A stretch of 64,000 nucleotides of DNA, from positions 6,696,001 through 6,760,000 of the forward strand of contig OZ024755.1 of assembly GCA_964016885.1 (NCBI GenBank). The letters are read 5' to 3'. A program made the translations under genes and the position numbers. This DNA comes from Eledone cirrhosa. Its lineage: Eukaryota. Shown here piece after piece: positions 53,447 to 64,000 of the stretch; position 1 is the first letter of the stretch, and the number at the start of each line of letters is the position of its first letter. Below the pieces are notes generated by a model. It made no database searches. It saw only the letters and a list, made by a program, of their open reading frames with translations, and was not told where the DNA came from.

Positions 53447-54376
53447 GATGATGATTATATATATATGTGCATGTGTGTGTGTGATTGCGTGTTGTAGTTT
53501 TGCTCCAGGTCAGCTCTGGTCCAGCTCTGGCCCAGCAGAAATATGACATGTAAACACATTGTTGAATGGCTATATGTGAACCACAGATGTCTTTTCCAAG
53601 GTATACCTTACACCCTACCCCCACCTAGCAAAGGACCACACAGCACACTCCAACATATCAGTGTGACAGTCTGGACATGCTGCCTTCCCCCCATTGTCCA
53701 GTCTTTCTGTACATCCATAAATTCTGATAGTGACCACGATGACTAAGATGGACTTAGAATACAACAGTAGCTTTTACTCTGTACATATTATTTCATAGTG
53801 TGCCACCCAGCATACTATTTCGAACCAGTAAAGCTATTATTGTGTAGAACCACTGAGGCTAATATTGTTGCAGATATTTCTACAAGTGTTTCTGTGGAGA
53901 ATCATGATAGCCTATAAATGTTACAGATATTTCTATACGTGTTTCTGTGTAGAAGTAAAAGTTGTATAGATATGACAAATGCATACAATATGGAGATTAG
54001 TTACAGGAATAACCCAAAACAGTATGTATGGTCCTATAACTCCTGATAGATTCGTAGGGGCGCCGTATTGACATACAGTGTTTCTTGGACATATTTAGCC
54101 TGGCAGAGCCCATCCCTCTCCAGGCCTGAGTACAGCAGATTTCTTTCAGAGAGAGGAAGAATCGACCCCAGTACTAGACTGGTAGTTTTTATCGCTCTTG
54201 AAAGGATGAAAGGCAAAGTTTATCTCAGCAAGATTTGAACTCAGAGATCAAAGAGCTGGAATGAATACCATAAAACATTCTACCTGACCTTCTAACGACT
54301 CTGCCAATTCGCCGCCTAAACAGTAATTTCCATTAAAAATATAAAAAGTGAAACAAGATGTCTGTATAAAAGTGTA

Positions 54377-54382
54377 TTTATT
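54377..54382 (-). terminator. Candidate ORC5 poly(A) signal (second candidate at 54480-54485)
   Basis: AATAAA on minus strand about 200 nt after the stop. Confidence 0.45.
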
Positions 54383-54581
54383 TCAAAATGTTTGAAGTAA
54401 AGGGTCTCTATATAATACAAATTATAGAGAAGAGCTGACAACCTTGAACATGTTTAGGTATTAAATCATGAAGAAAAGTTTTATTCAAAATAATTTTCTT
54501 TGAAGCATTAAACAGTAACAATGATGATGATGATAATCATATTGTTAATAATAATGGCATCCATTTTGGTGGGGTTTCTGT

Positions 54582-54627
54582 TTACAGGAAATCATACAGA
54601 TAACGGATGATGTCAAAATCAACTGAC
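54582..54627 (-). CDS. ORC5: ORC5 last coding exon ([14 protein letters not shown])
   Basis: ttacag acceptor, TAA at 54582-54584. Confidence 0.95.
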
Positions 54628-57600
54628 CTGTAATATAAAAAATATTCAAACATTAACCATTAAGGTTCTAAAATCACAACAGTATTTATATCAATTTCAA
54701 CCTTTAATCCTTTAGCATTCACATTACTCTATATTTACTATTGTATTTCCATGGTAAACACTTTATCTCTCATAATATTGAATCTATGATATTTGATATT
54801 ATTTATTTTGAGAACAATACCTTAATATAAGTATGAGTGGCCAGTTAACAGAAAAAGGTGAGAGAATTCTGGCCGGATATGGCCGGTTTAAATGCTAAAG
54901 GGTTAAGGTTCTAAAAATTATGATCAAAATTTTTTTTAGATAAATATAGACCCTTTAACATAAACAGTTCTGTTATATAAAAAAAACTGGAGCAGTTTTG
55001 TACAAAACGGATTAACTTTATGGAGTCTTTATATAGTGGCTAGACGTGCAAGAAATAGCAGTCAGATTTCCATCAAATCACCTTTTTACTGTCTTAAATA
55101 AGGAAAAGACATAATGAATAATGTAGTGTTAGATATTACTAATGATTAGATATTTACCTTGCTATGGGTTTCATGATATCAGTAGACAATAATGATTAGA
55201 TATTTACCTTGCTATGGGTTTGATGATATCAAATAAGACCAGTGAAGTAGTGATTAGATATTTACCTTGCTATGGGTTTAATGATATCAAATAAGACCAG
55301 TGAAGTAGTGATAAGATATTTACCTTGCTATGGGTTTCATTATATCAAGTGATACCAAACATTTATATTTGGGTGTTTCAAGTTGGTCATCTGACATACC
55401 ATGACTCAGCAGCTTCAATGTGACTAAAGAACTTATCTAGAAAAAAATGAATAAAAAATATTATTAATTAGTGAAGTAAATAAGTGTTTTGAACATAATA
55501 TCATAAAAAAATTAATTTCCTTATCATGACATCAATGTTCCAGATAATACTTTTATCCAAAATGAACTAGGGTCGACTTATCCAAAATGAACTAGGGTCG
55601 ACATGAGTATATAAGGCAATGTATATAATATAAACATCTACATGATATATACAAACATACATGTGTATATATGTATGTGTGTGTCAATATACATGTGTAT
55701 ATATGTATGTGTGTGTCAACCCTTGCTAGCAAACAAAACAGACATTAAATGGTGATGGTGGTGGTGATGATGATGGTGTTGATGATGGTGATGATGGTGA
55801 TGGTGGTGGTGATGGTGATGATGATAGTGATGATGGTGATGATGGTGATGATGGTGATGGTGATGATGGTGATGATGGTGATGCTCATGATGGTGGTGAT
55901 GGTGATTACTTACTTGTATAAATAGGTTTGCAGATGACGCCACTCTACCTTCAACAATAGAGTAAAATATTGCCATAAGCCGATTCAATGAAAACAGTTT
56001 GGGACCCAAAAGATGGCTGCCAGTCTGAAATTAGACACATTACAAGTTGTTATTGTTGTTGTTGTTGTTTAGCTTTTTCCTGTTGTGTTCATAACTTTGT
56101 CTATCAATTTTAAGCGCCTTTTAAGGGCACTTTTTTCCTTGAAGGAATTAAAGTACCGTATTTCCCGGCACCGAAGATGCTTCATCCTCCAGGGCCCACC
56201 CTAGTTTTGACAACCAAAAATTTGAAAAAAAATAATGAACAACCTTCGGCATCCAGGACGCATGGTAGATTTTTGAGACTTATTTTACGAAGAAAATAGC
56301 GTCTTCGACACTGGGAAATACGGTATATACAGAAGACCCGACTTCCCACAGGCCGAAGCTGAAGCATATATGCAGTATGCCGCCCCCCCCCCCCCCACCA
56401 CCACTTTCCCCACTATAAAGTGGTCGTTTAGGTGTCAAAACAAAAAGCACCCAGCCCAAATTGTAAAGTCGTTGTGTAGGTGTCATAACAAAAAGCACCC
56501 AGTATTCATTGTAAATGAGGTTGACGTTAGGAAGGGCATCCAGCTGTAGAAACCAAGCCAAAATCAATTCTGGATAAGCAAGACATGGTCACCTGACCTA
56601 ACATTGCCAACAACAGGACAACTCGTCTAACCCATGCTAATGCGGAAAAATGGACATAAAACGATGATGATGATGATGATGATAATAACTACAAAGCTAG
56701 TCACTGGGTATGACTCCATCATCTATTATTTGATTGACAATGCAGGTAACTAGCTTGGCTCCTATTTCCCCAAATGATTTCAACACCTCAACAACTATCT
56801 CTGACAATCCAGTGGCTTTACTATTCTGTATCTCACTGACTTCTTCTTTGAACTTATAAATATCAATTTTGATAGCTGGTCCCTCACTTGGGCCAGCTGG
56901 GCTGAATACCTTCCTTCCACTCATCCTCTACATTTATCAACCCCTCATAATAACATTTACAGGCTTCTCTCTTTTGAGCATCAATGTTGTTAAATGCACC
57001 AACTTCTTTCTACAGCTGGATGCCAACTACCTTACAGGGTGGACTGGGTGTGTTTTGTCATGGCACCAGCACTACCAGAATAAAGTGTTCTAGAGGGAAA
57101 ATACTTTCTTTTAATAATAATAATAATAATAATGAAATTATTGTGCACAGTGCTCAGGTGCACTACAACTCATCAAAGGTGCATGTATAGTACATAGAAT
57201 AATATACAAATGTCAGGGAAGTGAATAGTGTATGAGTCATGATATATATGTGTGTGTGTATGGAGGGGGAATATTAGGTGTAGTGTCGGCAAATCTCAGG
57301 AATTCTTTCTTTCTTTTAGTACATTAACAACAACATGTAAGCAGTTAGTAGCAACTATTTTCACCAACTAATTCTTTTCTTTACAACAAAAACTTCAAAT
57401 ATCTTCTTACCCTTTCATGTTTTTTCTTGAGACTTCCACGGACCTTGTTAGATTTCTGAAAGGAAAAAAATATTTTACACAGATATCTTTGGAGAGAAAT
57501 AGATTTGATATTTAGTCAAAACAAAAGTAACTGGTATAAAAAAAATCTTCAGACATTACCTTACAAAAGAATCGCCGGTCAGTCATGGCTGGGTTGTATG

Positions 57601-59279
57601 AAGCCAGGTAGGCAGCAATTAATAAATATTTGGAATAAAACGGTAACTCCAGGTGATTTCGACCTGCAATTAATGTGGAAAAACATTAACTCTTTCATTA
57701 CCATATTTCTAATGAAAGACACTGTCTATGTCTTTAACCCTTTCATTACCATATTTCTAATGAAAGACACTGTCTATGTCTTTAACCCTTTCATTACCAT
57801 ATTTCTAATGAAAGACACTGCCTGTCATTAACCCTTTCATTACCATATTTCTAATGAAAGACACTGTCTATGTCTTTAACCCTTTCATTACCATATTTCT
57901 AATGAAAGACACTGCCTGTCATTAACCCTTTCATTACCATATTTCTAATGAAAGACACTGTCTATGTCTTTAACCCTTTCATTACCATATTTCTAATGAA
58001 AGACACTGCCTGTCATTAACCCTTTCATTACCATATTTCTAATGAAAGACACTGTCTATGTCTTTAACCCTTTCATTACCATATTTCTAATGAAAGACAC
58101 TGCCTGTCATTAACCCTTTCATTACCATATTTCTAATGAAAGACACTGTCTATGTCTTTAACCCTTTCATTACCATATTTCTAATGAAAGACACTGCCTG
58201 TCATTAACCCTTTCATTACCATATTTCTAATGAAAGACACTGTCTATGTCTTTAACCCTTTCATTACCATATTTCTAATGAAAGACACTGCCTGTCATTA
58301 ACCCTTTCATTACCATATTTCTAATGAAAGACACTGTCTATGTCTTTAACCCTTTCATTACCATATTTCTAATGAAAGACACTGCCTGTCATTAACCCTT
58401 TCATTACCATATTTCTAATGAAAGACACTGTCTATGTCTTTAACCCTTTCATTACCATATTTCTAATGAAAGACACTGCCTGTCATTAACCCTTTCATTA
58501 CCATATTTCTAATGAAAGACACTGTCTATGTCTTTAACCCTTTCATTACCATATTTCTAATGAAAGACACTGCCTGTCATTAACCCTTTCATTACCATAT
58601 TTCTAATGAAAGACACTGTCTATGTCTTTAACCCTTTCATTACCATATTTCTAATGAAAGACACTGCCTGTCATTAACCCTTTCATTACCATATTTCTAA
58701 TGAAAGACACTGCCTGTCATTAACCCTTTCATTACCATATTTCTAATGAAAGACACTGTCTATGTCTTTAACCCTTTCATTACCATATTTCTAATGAAAG
58801 ACACTGCCTGTCATTAACCCTTTCATTACCATATTTCTAATGAAAGACACTGTCTATGTCTTTAACCCTTTCATTACCATATTTCTAATGAAAGACACTG
58901 CCTGTCATTAACCCTTTCATTACCATATTTCTAATGAAAGACACTGCCTATGTCTTTAATCCTTGGTGTATGCCTTGGACAGCTGATACTGATAGGGTTG
59001 ATGAGATGGTAAATATAGACACAGAGTCCTAAGCGAAGGGTAGTTAGACACAGGAGCCCAGGTGGAGGGTAGTTAGACACAGGGACCCAGGTGGACGGTA
59101 AAATTAGACACGGGAGCCCAGTTGGAGAGTAAAATTAGACACAGGGGCCCAAGTCTGAGAAAGTTAAACCTGGAACAATTCAATATTTTACAAGTCCAAG
59201 AAACTAATAATGTTTTGTTTTGGTAAATAATACGAACAGAGGAATATATTTTGTCAGGCGGGAAGAAAATAGGCCTAAC

Positions 59280-59344
<65 letters not shown>

Positions 59345-62300
59345 GTAAAACTACCAACTGAGGAATTGTGAATTTAACCATCTAAGTTGTCTCCCATTAG
59401 TTCCAGCCTGTCTATACCCACCTAAATTGTCTCCCATTAGTTGCAACATGTTTAGAACTTGGTAAATTGTTCCTCTCGCAATTTACTTATGAAATGCAAT
59501 AAAATGGTAAAGCGGAATTTATCAAAAGTAAAAATTGGATTAAGAAAAATATTTGTAATAATTCACATATCCTCCACTTACTCTCATATGCGTTTCATAA
59601 CCCTGAACAGCAGACTATCAGCTGTATTGCATATTAGCATTATCTAAGTCTAAAGTCTGTCTTAAGTCAGAAGGTCTATTTGGTCAGTGCTTATCCTGAT
59701 TTCATGGCATAAAGCAACTGAGAGTACAAGGCTCCCTCGGAACAGGATGCCAGTCCATCGCAGTGTTAAACCCCCCAGGTATTGCTGGTACTCATTTTCA
59801 GCTGAGTATACTGGAGCAACATGAAATGAAGTGTTTTGCTCACGAATACAACATACAACCCAGGAATCGAACCCACAGCATTATGATCGTAAGTCCAACA
59901 CCCTTACCACTAGGCCATAACAGGTGGAAATCCCGACTCACCACATATTTCATCTCACTTATGGCCTCTTGTATCTCTTCCCAAGGACATAATGGTTCTT
60001 TGAGTCCTTGAGTTTCAGACCCCTGCTTTAGGATTTAGGAACTATCAAAACTCAAAAGATAATCAAGGATTTCTAGGAATTCTATAGTTAGGAATGACAT
60101 CCAGCTGTAGAAAATCTGCCAAACAAAGGATTAGGAGGATTCATGAGCTGTGCTAAAGACATGACCACTTTCCTAGTGCTGGTGGCACAATAAAATGCAC
60201 AGGAATGTATGTAAGGGAGATGCAGGACTCCAGCTCAACTGAGCACTTGGTAGAGTGAGGAACTGAGTGAGGTGTGAATCTCTAGCCTATCTGAGAGGTT
60301 AATAGCCTCATTTAAATATCAACTGAGTCTATGATAACCAATCTAATCCTTACTTGCAGTGAAAACAAACATATAATGATAATAAGCTCAATTTGTCATT
60401 ATTAAGCCAGTGTTAGGAACATACTCCAAAGGATTTTCTACATAAAATTATGATGGAAGGTTTTTAGATAAAATTAAACATTTTAAAATAACAACTGTTT
60501 ATTGAAGAACCAAGGGAGGTTTCGGGCAGCTTAATATCAAAAGGATAAAGCAATCTCAGAGAAATGAGTCAACACAAATAGAATTTGAATTCATAAATCA
60601 AATACCACAAGGTATGTTGTCCAATATTTCATCTACTGCTTTAATAATTACAAAGATGGATTTATGTCCTGCTAAAATTAGCAGTCAAATCCTTGTCCTC
60701 AACTTACAACATATCAACTTATAAAAAATAGAAGACATTTGATCATAAGCAGTCTTTTCTCCCCTGACTAACTCATAAAGGAAGAACAACAACCATAACT
60801 GACCTTGATAGGAAAGTAACTGCAGTGACATCTGTTGGCCAGAGTTAGAATCTTGTTGCATCTTCTCCCATTGTGCGCTGAATAACCGAAATAATATTAT
60901 GTTTGATTCTTATAATTTCAAATAATTGAGTGTTTGTAGATTTCTACTTTCTCCTTATTAAGCTTGTGTTTGGAATGTAACTTCAAGGTATGTACTTTGA
61001 TAAAAGGCTTTTAGATAAATATATGCTACTTAACCCTTTAGCATTTACATTACTCTATATTTCCTATAATATTGTATTTTCGCAGTAAAGGCTTTACCTC
61101 ACATAATATTGAATTTATGAAATTTTGATATTATTTATTTTGAAAACAATACCTTAACATCAGTATGAATTGCCTGTTACAGCTGGTTTGAACAGAAAGA
61201 GGTGAGAAAATTCTGGCCAGATATGGCCGGTTTAAATGCTAAAGGGTTAAAGCAAACAGTTTTGTATCAAAAGAGTTAAGCTGGTGTTTAAAACAATAAA
61301 TATTCTTGCATAACATTATTATAGAAGGGAGGATAGACCCTTTATGCTCTGAGTTCAAATCCCACCGAGGTTCACTTTGCCTTTCATCCTTACGGGGGTC
61401 GATAAAATAAAGTACCAGTAATACACTGGGATAATTGCTGGCCTTGTGCCAAAAGTAGATACAATTATAGAAGCTTTCTAGATAACTATAAACATATTGA
61501 AGTAAAGTTTTGTTTTGACGGACCAGGGACAGTTTCAGGCAGTTTAGTATCAAAAGGTTTGAGAGACCAGTTTATTATAGAAGTACATGACATGAAATTA
61601 AGTAAAGACCTGAATATATTTGGCAGCCAAAATAACATTGGTCATTAATGGAAGATATGATGCAGACTTCACTCACCTGGAAACTTCTCGTAAATAAACT
61701 GTTTGTAAAGCTTTCTTTAGATGAGGTTCTATATTTTTCCATAATTTACGACTGTCAGTCATTTCAGCTACATAATGAAGAAGAAAATTGTAAATATAAA
61801 CAGCAGTTTTATTCTGTGTTCATCATCATAATTTAATGTCTGCTTTTCAATGTTGGCATCGAGTGCATCAAGTGGACAGGTCATTTTCGCTGCTAAAATA
61901 GTACTTATTTTTGTCAGGTCTGGTACTTATCTGTTTTTGTTGAACCACTAAGTTATAGGATATAAACAGTAGTAAGCTTAAAGAGATATACATATATGAC
62001 AGGCTTTCAGACAGTTTCTACCTACCAAATTTCATTGACAAGGCATTGGTCATCCTGAGGCTACAGTAGAAGACACTGGTCCAGATACCATTCAGTGAGA
62101 TTGAACCTGACACCACATGGTTGTGAAGTGAACTCCTTAACCACACAGCCATGCCTATACCTCCTTAACCCCCTCTCTCAATGTTAGGCCTAATTTCTTC
62201 CCCACTGACAAAATATACTCCACTGTTTGAATTATTTGTATACTCTTTGCCAACACAAAACATTATTAGCTTCTTGGACTTGTAAATAGCTATATCTGTA

Positions 62301-63599
62301 CTTCTTTAACCACACAGCCATGTCTGTACCTCCTTAACCACACAGCCATGCCTGTACCTCCTTAACTACACAGCCATGTCTGTACCTCCTTAACCACACA
62401 TCCATATCTGTACCTCCTTAACCACGCAGCCTTGTCTGTACCTCCTTAACCACACAGCCTTGTCTGTACCTCCTTAACCACACAGCCATGTCTGTACCAC
62501 CTTAACCACACAGCCATTTCTGTACCACCTTAACCACACAGTCATTTCTGTAGTTATAACCTGACAGCCTTGTCTGTACCTCCTTAACCACACAGCCATG
62601 TTTGTACCTCCTTAACCACACAGCCATGTCTGTACCACCTTAACCACACAGCCATGTCTGTACCACCTTAACCACACAGCCATTTCTGTACCACCTTAAC
62701 CACACAGCCATTTCTGTACTGTTATAACCTGACAACCTTGTCTGTACCTCCTTAACCACACAGCCATGTTTGTACCTCCTTAACCACACAGCCATGTCTG
62801 TACCACCTTAATCACACAGCCATGTCTGTACCACCTTAACCACACAGCCATTTCTGTACTGTTATAACCCGACAGCCTTTTCTGTACCTCCTTAACCACA
62901 CAGCCATGTTTGTACCTCCTTAACCACACAGCCATGTCTGTACCACCTTAACCACACAGCCATTTCTGTACCACCTTAACCACACAGCCATTTCTGTACT
63001 GTTATAACCCGACAGCCTTGTCTGTACCTCCTTAACCACACAGCCATGTCTGTACTATCTTAACCACACAGCCATTTCTGTACCTCCTTAACCACACAGC
63101 CATGTCTGTACCACCTTAATCACACAGCCATGTCTGTACCTCCTTAACCACACAGCCATGTTTGTACCTCCTTAACCACACAGCCATGCCTGTACCACCT
63201 TAATCACACAGCCATGTTTGTACCTCCTTAACCACACAGCCATTTCTGTACCACCTTAATCACACAGCCATGTCTGTACCGTAAGAAATTATATTATCTG
63301 TTCACGAGTCAGGAAATAGGTTGAAAAAGAAAAACAAGACTTTCTACAAAAATTGACAGATGTTGAATTGAAGTATAGGATGGTGCCTCAAGTTGGCCAC
63401 AGCCCATTGCCTGAAAATTGATAAAAGAACCCTACAATACAAAAGTTTTTAAAAAAATCATAAACATACCTTCACCATTTTTCAGTGGCTCTAAAAATTT
63501 CTCCCAGTTTATAGAAGACTGGAAAATATGTAAAGAGATACATACAAAATATTGATACATAATAAATAACAATATAAGCCTATATACATATATATATAC

Positions 63600-63694
<95 letters not shown>

Positions 63695-63956
63695 CAGCTA
63701 GTATTAGTATTGAAACTATTGGTCCTGGTTACAACACATAAGTAAATACAGGAAACAACTGTCTTTATATGGTGTGTTTGAAAAAAAGGTTAAAAACTAT
63801 GACATCTTTGAAATAACATACATACCAAGTGCCGAAGTTCTTTGAGATCTCGGCAAACATAATAGAAGACACTTAAGACCAGATTTATATAAGATTCATA
63901 CAATTCCTTCGGATATTCATTTGGAGAGTCAAGAGACATAATTTCCAGGATCTCTT
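54582..63956 (-). CDS. ORC5: Origin recognition complex subunit 5, 3' nine exons (5' end outside window): join(complement 63826-63956, 63470-63518, 61677-61767, 60804-60877, 57560-57663, 57411-57455, 55914-56024, 55324-55436, 54582-54627)
   Basis: Recognised motifs [84 protein letters not shown]; all introns GT-AG and phase-consistent. Confidence 0.96.
55141..55350. repeat. Four 50-58-bp tandem copies of the ORC5 exon end plus splice donor
   Basis: AGATATTTACCTTGCTATGGGTTT repeated four times. Confidence 0.95.
55324..55436 (-). CDS. ORC5: ORC5 penultimate exon ([10 protein letters not shown]...[17 protein letters not shown])
   Basis: 113 nt, ttctag/gtaaat, phase 0-2. Confidence 0.94.
55914..56024 (-). 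CDS. ORC5: ORC5 exon ([37 protein letters not shown])
   Basis: 111 nt, tttcag/gtaagt. Confidence 0.95.
56154..56325. mobile_element. Tc1/mariner-pogo-like MITE
   Basis: TA TSD; TIRs CCGTATTTCCCGGCACCGAAGATGC and GCGTCTTCGACACTGGGAAATACGG. Confidence 0.85.
56697..57000 (-). mobile_element. RTE LINE internal fragment
   Basis: EGPAIKI...[15 protein letters not shown]...[14 protein letters not shown]. Confidence 0.65.
57411..57455 (-). CDS. ORC5: ORC5 exon ([15 protein letters not shown])
   Basis: 45 nt, ctttcag/gtaaga, phase 0-0, basic linker. Confidence 0.85.
57560..57663 (-). CDS. ORC5: ORC5 exon ([34 protein letters not shown])
   Basis: 104 nt, ttgcag/gtaatg. Confidence 0.95.
57686..58960. 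repeat. 46/48-bp alternating minisatellite (94-bp higher-order unit), ORC5 intron
   Basis: TAACCCTTTCATTACCATATTTCTAATGAAAGACACTG followed by TCTATGTCTT or CCTGTCAT. Confidence 0.97.
60804..60877 (-). CDS. ORC5: ORC5 exon ([24 protein letters not shown])
   Basis: 74 nt, attcag/gtcagt, phase 2-1; QWEK motif. Confidence 0.85.
61030..61250. mobile_element. piggyBac-like MITE (copies at 54704-54906 and partial 30708-30926)
   Basis: TTAA TSD; TIR CCCTTTAGCATTT / AAATGCTAAAGGG. Confidence 0.85.
61338..61468 (+). mobile_element. Dominant-family SINE, ORC5 intron
   Basis: B box to tail. Confidence 0.8.
61677..61767 (-). CDS. ORC5: ORC5 exon ([29 protein letters not shown])
   Basis: 91 nt, atgtag/gtgagt, phase 1-2. 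Confidence 0.94.
62290..63280. repeat. 28-bp SINE-head minisatellite, about 35 copies, ORC5 intron
   Basis: Same unit as the 51670-51910 array. Confidence 0.95.
63470..63518 (-). CDS. ORC5: ORC5 exon ([16 protein letters not shown])
   Basis: 49 nt, ttccag/gtatgt, phase 0-1. Confidence 0.88.
63826..63956 (-). CDS. ORC5: ORC5 exon ([14 protein letters not shown]...[11 protein letters not shown])
   Basis: 131 nt, ccacag/gtatgt. Confidence 0.93.
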
Positions 63957-64000
63957 CTGTGGAAGTAAAAAGACAAATTCTAGATCTAGAAGTTGGTGGT

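Noticed and set aside
55716-55913. Poly-His extension of ORC5
   Set aside because: Lies after the gtaagt donor at 55913; intronic (CAT/CAC)n.

Overview
AT-rich, microsatellite-dense, intron-rich animal genomic DNA; the tRNA-derived SINE set and repeat landscape look like an octopod cephalopod (inference). Nearly all ORFs in the supplied track are microsatellite artefacts. Two spliced minus-strand genes can be rebuilt by hand. (1) A complete 7-exon, 353-aa secreted S1A trypsin-like serine protease (34809->23035) with a signal peptide, an unrecognised 8-Cys N-terminal domain and a Tyr|IVGG activation site. (2) The 3' nine exons of ORC5 (63956->54582; its 5' part lies beyond the window). A possible orphan exon pair lies at 44261->43501. 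The most striking non-coding signal is a set of short elements next to (TA)n/(CATA)n microsatellites that carry minimal type-I hammerhead ribozyme motifs (CUGAUGA...GAAA...UH) and/or long fold-back palindromes, consistent with Penelope-like or retrozyme-type termini. There are also many SINEs, RTE/CR1 LINE fragments, piggyBac- and pogo-like MITEs, and about ten minisatellites, several visibly derived from mobile-element ends or a splice donor. All calls are by eye; no searches were run.
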